A stretch of 64,000 nt of DNA, taken from assembly GCA_002633005.1 (NCBI GenBank), contig NMRA01000527.1, forward strand, positions 124,001 through 188,000, in the 5' to 3' direction. Within the stretch, counting starts at the first letter, position 1, and each line of letters starts with the position of its first letter. The notes beneath the pieces are model-generated. The model was not told the origin of the DNA, ran no database searches, and saw nothing but the letters and a program-made list of their open reading frames with translations. Position numbers and translations under genes: made by a program. The DNA comes from Phoronis australis. Taxonomy: Eukaryota > Animalia > Phoronida. Positions 30,501-43,300 of this stretch are shown here, in pieces.

Positions 30501-33500
30501 AAACTGTTACCGCAAGAGGGAGCTCACAGGCGAACTTAGCAGGCACACCGAGTGCATCACAGCTGACATGCTGAAGTTTAGTGCAAGTGTCCCTAATGTG
30601 CAGGTCATCCCTGCTATGCTTTCTGGATATCACTGGATACAGTTTGGAGTAAGCCCTGTCCAGCAGGAAACTGAAATGAGGGACACAAAATTATGTTTAC
30701 CTGGGGCACGAAGTCATATTTCCTTATGCTAATTTAAATTTCATATCATAGAGCACATAACTGGCCAGAAATAAATACATGAAATCTATCGTGGGTTATT
30801 GAAGGACTGAGTTTAGAGCAACTGTATAGAACATTACACGCACATAGTCATTTGTATGTACATATTTGCTTAGATATGTGCTTGTATTATTTTGTACTGC
30901 AAACCACTTTTAAATGGTTCTAGAAAGTACGAACAAGTATATATCAAGCTGTCCTATAAAAAGTGCAGTTGAGACTTCAACCAAGTTTGTGACAATGAAG
31001 GGCTGCTACCAAACTATACCATAAGTATGTATGTGTGTGCATAATAACAAGATTACTAACTTTATTAGCACTCTTCATACACACCTTTCCAAAGCAATGT
31101 CCAGACAGTCTTTGAAACGCATGTCATCCTTCTTTGGGTGACTTACCGATTTGAATAAATACTGGAATTAAAACAAAAGTCCAATCAAATGACATCTTCG
31201 CATGCTTGCCTCAAGTGCACAGAGTCTAATATCTCAACTCAAACTCGACTCAGACTCAAAACTTAACCAATCATGTCTCATGATCTGACAACAAATTTGT
31301 GAGTTTACTTGAAGCGTGCCATGCCTTAGGTCAATTTTTAAGTCCAATTTCAAGCACAGAGATTAGACCTCGGGTCCAGCTGTCATAGAAAGATATTACA
31401 ATCCCTATACATGTAAATCTTGAACTGGCGTGGAAATATAGATCACAAACATTTTAAGTCTGGTTTGCACACCACCTGTTGGCCACATCATTAAGTTATC
31501 TGATGGGGCCAACAGGCGGCGTGCTTACCAGACTCAAAATGTTTGTAAAGTGTTTGTGACATAACAATCCAATGATAAAACAAGTTGTCTGATTATCTAA
31601 ACGGTATGTGTGCATGAATGTGTTAAGATTTCTTTTGAAATACAGGCATTGTTTACACAGCATTAGGTGGAGGAATGCTCTAAAACATATTGCTCTGAAA
31701 ACTCACTGGCAGCATTGTTTGTTCAATCAAGGGGGACCAAATATCAACTGGTGGTCAATTAATAAACAATATATACAAATCAGCATTTTTTATGAACAAA
31801 TGACATTTGCACGAGTCGTTACTGAAAGGACAAATATGTTCAGGCACATACATTCAAATGTGACGGATATGAGACGTGATTCTACAACTTTTTCCAAACT
31901 GTTCACTTCATTTTTCCTTAAATATCATCTCTGTTCAGACTGAGAAATTGAAAACACGCAAGAACTCTAGGCACATCTGTTCAGTATATCTTCCAGAAAC
32001 AGAAATTTAATTTAATTTTTTCATTTGTAAAACGTAAAACAACAAGCATCAGATCTGTTCCTTTTTATTTACAGCTGCAGAACCCTTACTTTTTATCGTT
32101 CTTGATTGGTTTTGAATTGTTTGGAATTGAAACTATACAAGATTCTGTGTTTTTTCACAAAGTTTTGATTTCTTTCCACAAACACGTTAAGGTCATTGGC
32201 AATTGATTAACATTCTTTCAGACTTTTCTATGGACTCTGACAGATTTACTTCTTCTATGATTACTGATAATGAATTCAACGCATGCTGCCTTAAAGATGT
32301 TTTGTTCTAGAACATAAAATACAAACAATTTGGTTTAATCTAAATTTAATGTTTTCTTATAAGACAAACTTGGATCCAGCAACTTTAAGGACAATACCCT
32401 AGTATTAGCAACGAGCATTCAGGAAATACTTTTTTTTTGTAGAAAACAAGTATTAGTTATATAAATGATCTTAAAGAGCAAATTAAATCTGCTACGTTTA
32501 CCTGGGAATGATAGTCAAATATAGACTTAAGTTTGGCTGACGTATCACAGAGGTAATCTTCCAAGACCATGTAATTTGTGTTGAACTGATGTATAGCTTC
32601 TTCTAGACTTGAAACAACCTGAAATAATTTAAATAGGCACAAACAATACACATGGTAGTACAAGTTCCATTTAACTTCACTGTCTGGTAGTTACAGCATG
32701 AACTAAGCAATTCCCACATCTTTTCACATGAATCTGTCTAGTTGAAAACCCCTTGATTTAATGAGACATGACCAGTCTTATCTAATAAGAGACTTGGTCA
32801 ACCTCATTTCAGGGGGAACGTAGTGTAACAAGAGTCCAAATTCAAAAAATATACAGAGCAGTATGGTAAAATCTCGCCAATTTAGGATGCAATGTGGTGG
32901 ACAAGTGAAATTTTATTTTCTAATATTTCCACACAGGATCACAAAAGATATGTAGCATAAAATTAATGCTTTCCCATGTCAAAGTTCTTGGCAATAATCG
33001 CGTATAACGTACCCATATTTTGAGAACCAGCTTGATGCCCGCTATTAAGTGGAGAAAACTGGTTCTCAAAATTCGGGCACGTTATATCCAAGCATTAGCC
33101 AAGTTCTATACCTTAGATACTATCGCAGAACATTTTGAAGAAAAGTGCGTGTTCACGATAATGTTTGAAGCTCTTGAAAAATGAAAAAAAAGCAGTTTTG
33201 CCAACTTGTTTTTGTCCAATTTTGTTGAGATTTTGCCGTTATCACAGCAAACAAAATTTGCTTCAAAAACAGCACTTATCACAGTGAACGTTGTTTGTTC
33301 CAAAAATATATGACATTAACCCCAGACTGCTAATGATGTTTGCTCCAAAAATATGGTACTAACCACATACTGCAAAATGTGTTTGCTCCAAAAATATGGC
33401 ACTAACCCTGGACAAGAAACACTGCTTGCTCCAAAAAACAAAAAGTAGTCACCATAGAAACTGTATAGTGAAAAACGACGACGTAATATCAAGTATACTA

Positions 33501-36500
33501 AAGGTCATCACATGCAACAGCTCAATGAGAAGAAACATGATAGCAAGTCACTAGTCACTGGAATACTTAGTTACTAGTCGACAGAATGCTTAGTCACTAG
33601 ACATGAAAATACTTAGTCACTATAATACTTAAGTCATTAGAATACTTAAGTCACTAGAATACTTAAGTCACTAGAATACTTAGCGTTATTACAGCATCAC
33701 ATTTACCTCTTTGTGGCCATTCAAGGACAGGAGAAATTCTTCATTCCTACCAAAAACAACATGAGACATTCATAAAATCAGTAATTACTAAAAAACCCAT
33801 GTCTTAAAAACCATATATCATGGGGGATACGAAAAATATTGGATCTGGAGATATTCAAGTTCATTTTCCAGGAATTTTCCCATGAGGCTAACGAGTCCAA
33901 GTCTTGTTGAAGAGTTTGGCAATCGTGGGGGGAAGTAATAGGTTTATAGAGAACTGTATCATCAGCAAAGAAACGGACATTTGAAAGAATGGAGTCAGGA
34001 AGGTCGTTTATATTGAGTATGAAGAGTGCAGGACCAAGGACAGAGCCCTGGTGCACCCCTGATTGGACTGGGGAGGAATTTGAAAACTCGCCATCGATGA
34101 CGACTCTCTGTGTTCTATGAGATAGAAATGACTGGATCCAATTGTGGGTGAGACCCCTTATACCGTAGTATCTGATCTTCTCCAAGACCAAAGGCTTTGG
34201 AGAAGTACAGCACCGCAGCGTCGGTTTGAGTGCCTGCCTCCATAGTTTGGAGGAGGTCGTCTACGAATGTGACAACTTATGTTTCGCATGATCCATGGCT
34301 ACGAAAACCATACTGCCAGGTGTAAAGTATATTATATGTGTCGAGATGAGGCATAATGTTACCGGCAACTATGTGCTCCATAAGTGTGGAACATATGCAT
34401 GTGAGTGATATTGGGCGGTAATTTGAAGCCAAAGTTTTATCATCTTTTTTGAAGATGGGTGCTACGTTTGAAGTTTGCCATTCTGACGGAACTGCAGGTG
34501 TTTGATAAGATTTGATAAAGATTTCTCGGAGGACAGGTGCAATTTCTTCTGCTGCTGCTTTAAGAAACCATTTCTCATCCGAGTTAGGAACAACTTGAGG
34601 TCAAACTAAAGATTTCTTTCTTGAAACGACTTAAGGACAAATTTAAGTTTTACCTTAAATTTAACTGAAATGTAAGATTTGTCTTAGCTAGCTCAGTTTT
34701 CTTGGAACGGGCCTCAAACTTATAACATGGAGTCATATAAGTTACAGGTAATTTCTTTGATGAAACATGGTTTTATAGCTGACTTAAAGCAAAGCCAAGT
34801 TTTACGGATATAGCTGTAATTCTAAATCCAACTACTCACCCTTTCCTATCTAGTCTTAATTGCAGCACATCACCAGTATCCACTATATCCAACTACTCAC
34901 CCTTTCCTATCTAGTCTTAATTGCAGCACATCACCAGTATCCACTATATGCCTCAGAGTATTCACGCTCACTTTAACACCAATTGGTGCTTGTATTATGA
35001 GAAGTTTATAAGGTTGGAGGTCCTGTAAAGAAAACAAACGATTCATATCTCCGCACATTCAGAAATGTAGACAAACAAATATCATGTACAGCAGTGATGC
35101 CTGGTTTTACAAGAAATTGCAATGAGTATAGCTTATAGCATAACAAATTTGTAGAAACAAGCAGCCACGGGTTAACGAAGCATTACAAGCAAGCACACCC
35201 AAAGTGACCTACTTTATTGTAAGACAGCTCCTCCTGAACAATAGCTATGCTCTCTGAGCTGGGGAATCCTGACCCAGTTTTTATTGTGGTGTCTTCCAAG
35301 TGCACAACTCGACTGTTTCCACTATCTGTTGTAAGGTACTGTCCTTGGAAGAATGGTGACGGCCGTAATATGTGGTTTTCTGCAATTAACGATCAGTGAC
35401 AGTGATGCACGCAGAGTTGCACCAATGCTTTTTCAAGAGAAACCTAACGAATTCATACGCTGGGAACTGTAAATGACAATCTGAGAAAATATTACTCGGG
35501 AACATGGATAGAGAAGTACTGTATCTGGGGAACATGGATAGAGAAGTACTGTATCAGGGGAACATGGATAGAGAAGTACTGTATCTGGAGAACATATATA
35601 GAGAAGTGCTGTACCTGGGAAACATGGATAGAGAAGTACTGTATCTGGGGAACATGAATAGAGAAGTACTGTATCTGGGGAATATGGATAGAGAAGTGTT
35701 GTATCTGGGGAATATGGATAGAGAAGTACTGTATCTGGGGAACATGGATAGAGAAATATTGTATCTGGGAAACATGGATAGAGAAGTACGGTATCTGAGT
35801 TAAGAGTATTGTACTCTTCCATATCTGCTAAACAATAATAAAAATTGTAAATCTAAACAATTTTGAAAGTTATTTAAAAAAATTTCTTGTTTTCATACTG
35901 ATATGCACATATTGACCTTATTTAGATCTACATGCGCACTGCACTTTACTACAAATTGTATGAGCCTTTTCAGCATTAAATTATTTAATGTCAGTGATTT
36001 GATCACTTGCACTAGACAATCAGAACAAAATCATAATCTACCCTATCACGAGATAGCAAGTACTTTTGAGTAATTTACAAATTGGCAACAGTTCTCAAGG
36101 TCTACACTTGACAAAAAGTCAGAGGATCGCAATCTGCCATTTCCATGCAAAAATTGGCTCCTTATATTGAAACACTGCAAATAGTATAATTTTTAGCCAG
36201 GAATACTAATTTACACAAATCACTTACCAACAAATTCAACGTTGATATCAACACCCGTCAATGACTTTGATTCCGGAACACATATCATGTAGCATTTTCC
36301 AGTTGCTTCTGCAAAGCGGTTTGAGTATCGGGTCTGTAATACACAATGAAAATTTAGTAAATAACCAATTACTTTGAGCTATTAAAAGATAGTTTCTTAC
36401 ACATATTCACCACAGGATATCTGACTTAACAAAACATTTATTTTTAAACATTGGCCCTAATTTTATAGTTAGAGAGACTGTGCATATCTTTATCAGCCTA

Positions 36501-37634
36501 AAAATCTGTGATGATGATTTTAAACTCAAGTGAAACAAGTTTGTGATATATCAATTTGAAATGGAAAAAACCGGCATTCCGTTGATGAAACTAAATTTTG
36601 ATTCAGATCACTTACAATTCGTTCCTTACACAGAAGTGATTCTACGTCCCGCAAAAAATTGACAGTTTGTTAATGCTCAAGACCACGTTCGACAAATGAA
36701 ATGACACGTGACACGCTACAACACATCAACTTGTAGAGCCTCGTCTTGAACAATAACTGTCAGTTCTTTCCAAGCCTAGAAATCCCATTTATTTTGACTA
36801 ACAAACAATTTGAGATCACTTTCATAATGGTAAGTGGTCTAAATCAAAATGTGACTTTTGTGACAGAAGGCAAGTTTAAAGCCATTTTACATAACACACA
36901 CCACACACAGCAGAGCCAGGTAATGACTCATGACCCGTGATAGACAGTGCAACCATCTCTACTGTGGCCATCCCATAGGTCTTTCATGTGCCAGAAACTT
37001 TTCGACGAATTACGCTTCGAACTGATTAAACCATCAAAGTCACCTTTTGCGCATAGAGGGACACCTTTCTTAGAAGGCCATCAATGTCTTTAATTCCTTC
37101 CAACTCCAACTCAAACAAATACTCTCATAATCGCCAGGCACGAGCAGTGTAAAAATGGCCATTTACTGATTTGATTACAGGAGTATTTGTTCGAGTTGGA
37201 AGGAATTAAAGACATCATCACCGGCCTCCTAAGGTGTTCCTCTATGCCAGTCTATGGCGTTGCGCAAAAGGTACTTTATAGCAACATGGCTTTGATGATT
37301 TAATCTGTGTGAATCACCAAAAAGTTTCCAGCATATGGAGCGCCTGTGGTATGGCCTCCGTCTTTACTGTGGCAAGTCGAGATGGTGACACTGTAAAAGG
37401 CGAAGCCAGGCCATGACTCAGTCATGGAGTCATGGAGTCATGACATGAGCCGAGGAGAAAGGGTAACCCAAAGAGGCAATGATCCGATATAGCGGTCCCT
37501 GATTTAGAGAACCAGTTTCATCCACGACAACAACGGTCCAGTTATTCAATGATTGTCTAGGGAAGTTAGAACTCATACAGTACCATTAAAATTTGATAAA
37601 AGGGGTTGAATTCCAGTTCCTCTTCGTTTCCCAT
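24516..37634 (-). CDS. VPS9-domain Rab GEF-like protein resembling the N-terminal part of ANKRD27/VARP but with no ankyrin repeats; 15 exons, 496 aa
   Basis: Exons 37634-37584, 36333-36228, 35379-35213, 35022-34901, 33746-33707, 32618-32502, 31161-31085, 30670-30511, 30217-30146, 29653-29558, 28211-28114, 26803-26710, 26420-26249, 25531-25474 and 24576-24516 total 1491 nt, all GT-AG, phases consistent, no internal stop. Starts MGNEEELEFNPFYQILM (cf. VARP DEDLLKNPFYLAL), then MICVPESKSL and GSGF...EELSYNK. VPS9 motifs TSDDLIPLM and YSFVTLEAAVEYL are present. Confidence 0.88.
27374..27543. repeat. 23-bp minisatellite, ~7 copies
   Basis: Unit CTGAACAAACTGACAGTCCATAT. Confidence 0.95.
33548..33683. 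repeat. Degenerate ~18-bp tandem repeat
   Basis: Recurrent AGTCACTAGAATACTTA. Confidence 0.7.
33830..34570 (-). mobile_element. Decayed non-LTR retrotransposon (CR1/L2/jockey-type) reverse transcriptase fragment in intron 4 of the VPS9-domain gene
   Basis: Translates to WFLKAAAEEIAPVL...VAPIFKK...NYRPISLTCICS...QYGFR...CET*...FSKAF/LEKIRYYGIRG...SGVHQGSVLGPALFILNINDL...FADDTVLY...LQQDLDSLASWENSWKM. It carries an in-frame stop and a frameshifting deletion. Confidence 0.92.
34826..34947. repeat. 61-bp tandem duplication spanning an exon end and splice donor
   Basis: Two identical copies of ATCCAACTACTCACCCTTTCCTATCTAGTC...CCACTAT. Confidence 0.92.
35498..35797. repeat. 30-bp minisatellite, 10 copies (intronic)
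   Basis: Unit GGGAACATGGATAGAGAAGTACTGTATCTG. Confidence 0.95.
36943..37393. mobile_element. Long imperfect inverted-repeat MITE (Tc1/mariner-like CAGTG ends)
   Basis: Arms pair: ACAGTGCAACCATCTC/GAGATGGTGACACTGT, CATAGAGGGACACCTT/AAGGTGTTCCTCTATG, and ATGTCTTTAATTCCTTCCAACTC/GAGTTGGAAGGAATTAAAGACAT. Partial copies occur at ~15005-15170 and ~38080-38225. Confidence 0.7.
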
Positions 37635-37862
37635 TTCAGATGACTTTTCAGGAACCCAATAGAGGGCGCATGAAAGTATACTCTTGAAAATTGGAAATTT
37701 TAAATTCATTTGTGCTAATCTAAAATATTAATGTTTCGTTTTTGCACTTTTGTTGATACTAGTAATTTAAATACAAGTTAAAGGTGTTTATGATTTATAT
37801 TAAGAACATGTTTGATGCTTTGTTATTTGTATCTATTCGAGGTTATTGCAAATGGCGGCGAG
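37635..37862. promoter_or_regulatory. Probable bidirectional promoter for the VPS9-domain gene and BRE1, including a putative non-coding BRE1 exon 1
   Basis: VPS9-gene ATG at 37634 (-). A YY1-like CAAATGGCGGC at 37849-37859 is followed by donor AG|GTAGGA at 37862/37863. The BRE1 first coding exon has an acceptor 17 nt upstream of its ATG, implying an upstream UTR exon. Confidence 0.6.
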
Positions 37863-38209
37863 GTAGGATTTGTGAAAAGTCACAAGCGTCTGAGTCCTTA
37901 CACACAAAAGTATGAGTTTGACGCTACTGTCAAACATTTTAGAAGCTCAGCTTCAGCCACCCATAACTATATTCCTCCTTAGAAACAAAAAAAGTAGGAA
38001 AGATCCCTCTTGATTCCACCACAAACACTCATCAGCTGCTTAGTGCCAATAGTGGCCAGCCGGCTAGATATGTCAATCAAATGACCATCGTCTCTATCCA
38101 GAGACAGAGTAGAGACGATGAAGCTCCTATAAGGGCTCCATACGCCATAAGCTTTTCGGTGAATTATGCCTCGCACTGACTAAAACATCATAATTACCTT
38201 TTGCACATA

Positions 38210-40354
38210 GAGGGACACCTTAGGAGCATAGGCGCTTGAGTTTATCTGTTCCTCGATCGCAAATAACGTCACTCAATACTAAGAAAACATAAAGGTTGGA
38301 CACTCAAAATCTGTTTGCTCAGAATTTTGTTCTCAAATGTGCATGGAACTCTACGAAAGTAGCATCGAACAAATATTTGAATACCTTCTTTCATTTGGTC
38401 TTTTAAATTGCCTTCGAGTGGTGATTTGACGACAAAAATGCCAAACACGGGCAAAAGAATGCCAAAATCACAAATTCAAGGACCTTATTCCGTGATATCA
38501 TGACAGACGGTCTTCGCACATCGGTGTTTTTGGTGAACGCTCCCGAGCTAAATTCGAAAGTCTATTTTTGCGTGCCTTTCATCGTCAATCCCTCGACTAC
38601 TAGGTCATGAGAAGCAGAGAGCACTTAAAAAATATCATTGCCAAATACATGTAACTACTCAGATCAGCGTATGTTGGCTGTGTATGACTCATGAACGAGT
38701 CCTTCCGATTTTTTGCCGAATGACTCCACCTGAATTGAGGTATGGAAATGCGTAATCTTTGCTGTGTAATGAGCTTGTCTACATCCCTGATTCCAAACCA
38801 GACTATGCATTAAAGGGCTGTCTGAACTTTAGTAGAATTCATACCAGACTTTGAAAGGTTGTCGTATTGTTGAATAGTAAATTCCGCTCTGTTGGATATG
38901 TCTGACAGTCACTGTGACGCTAATCCATATCAAGTGTAATTCTTTCAGCTGTATTCAAACCTGTCCGTCTTTAAACATTAAGTTCTTTTTTGCTTTTGTA
39001 GTCTGTGATAATCTCAAGATGTCAAATAAGAGGCCAGCGAATGAGTCGGCTTCTGGCTCTGGGGCTGCTCCCCCAAAGAAAAAGCTGTATGGCTTTATGG
39101 AGCCGATAAAGCTTGGGCCGATTACAAGTTTGGTATGTTAGTTTGTGTTGTATTACCGAATATTAATGCTGAAATTATTTAGAATATATTAAATTAGTAT
39201 ATATTATGCATTAGTATTTTTTTCTTTGGTCGTNGAATTTTGTTCTCAAATGTGCATGGAACTCTATGAAACTAGCATCGAACAAATATTAGAATACCTT
39301 CTTTCATTTGGTCTTTTTAAATTGCCTTCGAGGGACACCTTAGGAGCATAGGCGCTTGAGTTTATCTGTTCCTCGATCGCAAATAATGTCACTCAATACT
39401 AAGAAAACATAAAGGTTGGACACTCAAAATCTGTTTGCTCTGAATTTTGTTCTCAAATGTGCATGGAACTCTATGAAACTAGCATCGAACAAATATTAGA
39501 ATACCTTCTTTCATTTGGTCTTTTTAAATTGCCTTCGAGTGGTGATTTGACGACAAAAATGCCAAACACGGGCAAAGGAATGCCAAAATCACAAACTCAA
39601 GGACCTTATTCTGTGATATCATGACAGACGGTCTTCGCACATTGGGGTTTTTGGTGAACGCTCCCGAGCTAAATCCGAAAGTCTATTTTTGCGTGCCTTT
39701 CATCGTCAATCCCTCGACTACTAGGTCATGAGAAGCAGAGAGCACTTAAAAAATATCATTGCCAAATACATGTAACTACTCAGATCAGCGTATGTTGGCT
39801 GTGTATGACTCATAAACGAGTCCTTCCGATTTTTTGCCGAATGACTCCACCTGAATTGAGGTATGGAAATGCGTAATCTTTGCTGTGTAATGAGCTTGTC
39901 TACATCCCTGATTCCAAACCAGACTATGCATTAAAGGGCTGTCTGAACTTAAGTAGAATTCATACCAGACTTTGAAAGGTTGTCGTATTGTTGAACAGTA
40001 AATTCCGCTCTGTTGGATATGTCTGACAGTCACTGTGACGCTAATCCATATCAAGTGTAATTCTTACAGCTGTATTCAAACCTGTCTGTCTTTAAACATT
40101 AAGTTCTTTTTTGCTTTTGTAGTCTGTGATAATCTCAAGATGTCAAATAAGAGGCCAGCGAATGAGTCGGCTTCTGGCTCTGGGGCTGCTCCCCCAAAGA
40201 AAAAGCTGTATGGCTTTATGGAGCCGATAAAGCTTGGGCCGATTACAAGTTTGGTATGTTAGTTTGTGTTGTATTACCGAATATTAATGCTGAAATTATT
40301 TAGAATATATTAAATTAGTATATATTATGCATTAGTATTTTTTTCTTTGATCGT
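38210..40354. repeat. 1.0-kb duplication including the BRE1 first coding exon, split by a single N (probable haplotype overlap)
   Basis: 38210-39233 matches 39330-40354, with N at 39234. The exon copies are identical. Confidence 0.9.
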
Positions 40355-43300
40355 CACATATCTTATCAAGTAATATAAGGCAAAATCCTCATTTTTGAAA
40401 TGCGGCCAAGTTTTTTAAACATGGCTTTGTAAAAAAGTATTATAATAGCTGTGCAGGCAAAGGTTGTAATTTTATTTCTCACATAATTTTAATGAGTATT
40501 TTTCACTGCATACTGGTCAAAATTGTAAGTCTTAATTCACTTTCCAATAAAATTTAGATTTTATGCAGCTCTTGTAAATAGCTTCAGCTATAAAATTCAA
40601 TTATTTGTGAGTAAATGTAGTTGCTTAACTTGTGAAGTTCTCGTTACACAAAAACGTTTTTGTTTGTGTTTAGGAGGATTTGGACAAGAAGGTGCTGCAG
40701 TTCCAGAACAAGAAATTGGCTGAGCGGCTGGAGCAGCGTCGTATGATGGAAGATGAGTTGAGAAAGAGGATAGAACAACTAGAACATCGACAGGCAACCG
40801 ATGACGCCGTCTTGATGATCATCAATAGATATTGGAATCAGGTATGTGTCAGAATGTGTTCTAGTGAATGGTTGAGAGCTGTTGTGACACTGTCTTGCAT
40901 CGCATATCGCTGTAGCTACGGGAATTTAGTGTGTCCAAGTCCTAGGGATTTTTTTGGTACGAACTAAGGACAGCTCAAAGTCAGGTGTTTTGTGCCTTTT
41001 GTTCACAACAGCTTTCACTTGGGTATTTTAAATTGAATTTAGTTAAATCTTAATTGTGAGGTGTTAGTTATGTGTACCTTGTACTATAATCTGAGTGCTT
41101 AGTCTTTATGCCAGTTATTCATGTTTACTATGTGTTCATTTCAGCTGGACGAAGACATCCGCGTCTTGCTTCAAAGGTTTGATGCTGAGGCTGCTGATGA
41201 AAACCAAAAGAGTTAGTTAGTTTATAAAATGTTTACTTTACCAAATGATAAACTTTTAAATTAGTTAATTTTAACTCATTAATTGGTAGAAAAGTTAGGC
41301 TTCTTGGTGTTTAAATCTACATTGATTTTATGCTTGTAGTTCAAACTTTGCTGTTAACTACTTGTGAATTGAACAATTTTCCACTCTCTTAATTGTGGAG
41401 TTAGAGATCATTCACCGTTTCCATGATATTCTGTATTTAGTCCGTTTACCACACCTTTTAATTATGTATTCCATTTGCCACATTCGCGCATCAGACGACC
41501 TGCCACTCCATCTAGTGCATGACGTGTGTGTGACATGTGCACCGTATCTCACCTTTGTCATTACTTTCATCAAAATACATAGTCATCTTCACAATCTTTA
41601 CCGTTAGACCAACACGGACGGAAAGCTTCGTGCTCAGTTGCCTGCCTCAAATGAAATTTGCCTCATGTCATTGCTACCCGTGAACAACGAGATGAAATGC
41701 TCACTGACCCATAAAGTACATCATAGTACTTGGTGCAAATGTAGTACACACAGTTACAGTGAGAGATTTGTTGTCATGTGATGCAATAATTAGTTTTCAT
41801 TGGCTATGAAAGGTAATTGTCTAAGCACTTGGCTCACCTTGTCTGCATACTATTAAGATTTACGTTTCCAAGGTTAAATAAACCCAACAACTGGGACATT
41901 TGCCCCATCGTCTCATGAGTCAAAATCCTCACAGTTCATTTTTGGTTCAAATGGACTTGCATTCTGCACTGGTGGTATTTTCCCTCTAAAAGCACATTTT
42001 CCCAAGAGCCAGAAGGATATATGGAACATTTTTGAATTCGTAGAAATATATATAAATTATTACATGGCGAAGTCGTTATCCCCATATTCTAGAGCCTGAG
42101 TGGATTTTGGAGAATTATTGCCCGAGGGGTGTTAGCCCTGAGGGTGATAATTCTCCAAAATCCACGAGGGCTCTAGATATGGGGGAGAACATGTAATAAT
42201 CTATTTATACCACATACTGAACGAGAAACATTGCACTGAATCGATCTACCTTTCTCGACTCCCCTCGGCTTTGTGTAACTACTTTCTGTGTCAGAGGCCC
42301 GGGGTCGGAGGTCGTGACTTTTTTAGAAAAGTCGAGCCATTTTTGTCAAATAAATGCTTTTACTCAAAACCAGCCAGGATTACTCTCATTATGGTCTTGT
42401 GGTCCTTGCTAAACATGTGGTGTTATCAGAAAACTATTGGTCTTTGAAATTAAAGTGTGCCATTCCAATTGCTGAGCTAGTGATTGGAGTTCATAGATAA
42501 CCACGTGATATTTGTTGTGAGCTGGTTGCAGTCTAAAACAATGTTTTAGACTGCATTCTTTGCTTTGAAATTGCTTGCAGTAGTGTTGCACTAAGTATGT
42601 TTTTTGTTTCAGATGAGAATGAGGCGACGACCTCGTTCTTGGCTCAACTGTCCAGCTGGGATCAACAAGAGATGGAGGCCCAACAAAACCAACGGGTCGA
42701 GTTCTCCAAGCGAGCTATTGGTAAGCTGCTGCTCGCCTATGACCGTCTGTTGCTGCGACATGAGAAGATGATTGAGTCCATCAAGGTCAAGGGGCCTGAT
42801 GATGAAGGTAAGGGGGACATAACAGGAGCTGTTGAATGGAGGTGTTTATTGTTTTCTGTGTCATGGACAAGAATGATGACAGCTGTGGTTATTATACTGG
42901 TGTAAGTTAGCATTCCTTTATTCTATAGTCTAGGTCATATGCTTCACAGAGCTTTTGCTTCAAAAGTACGCTGCAAAATCCTTTTTCATTATAATCACAA
43001 GAGGGAGCATGAGGTGATTATTCTTCTGAAAAGTGACTTGTCAATTGCCATTTGGACGCAAAATATGTGAGTCTTTAAATGTACATGTGTTTATTTCAGA
43101 CAAGTCGTCAGATGCTGGCAGTGAGAGTAAAGACGAAAAGGAAGACAAGCCCAAATCTGACGATGGAGAGAAGGAGGGGGAAACGAATAAGACAAAGGAA
43201 GACGTGCCCAGCTTGGAGGAAGTGGTGAAGAAGGAAATTGTTGACACTGTAGCTGAGAATAAACGATTACATAACCTTGTGACACAGTTGCATGAGCGGC

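Noticed and set aside
32090-32306. Exon-like minus-strand segment (NKTSLRQHALNSL...)
   Set aside because: It contains an in-frame stop, and exons 6 and 7 join in phase and match VARP without it. The gene is therefore not called a pseudogene.
35433-35822. Repetitive ORFs on both strands (MDREVLYLGN)n and (PDTVLLYPCS)n
   Set aside because: By-product of a stop-free 30-bp minisatellite in an intron. The flanking exons join in phase without it.
36616-36775. AG...GTAAGT-bounded exon-like segment on the minus strand in VPS9-gene intron 1
   Set aside because: It has stops in all three frames, and exons 1 and 2 match VARP without it. At most a cryptic exon.
38914-40262. Two BRE1 genes or alternative first exons
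   Set aside because: Identical exons in a duplication abutting an N join are best explained as haplotype overlap.
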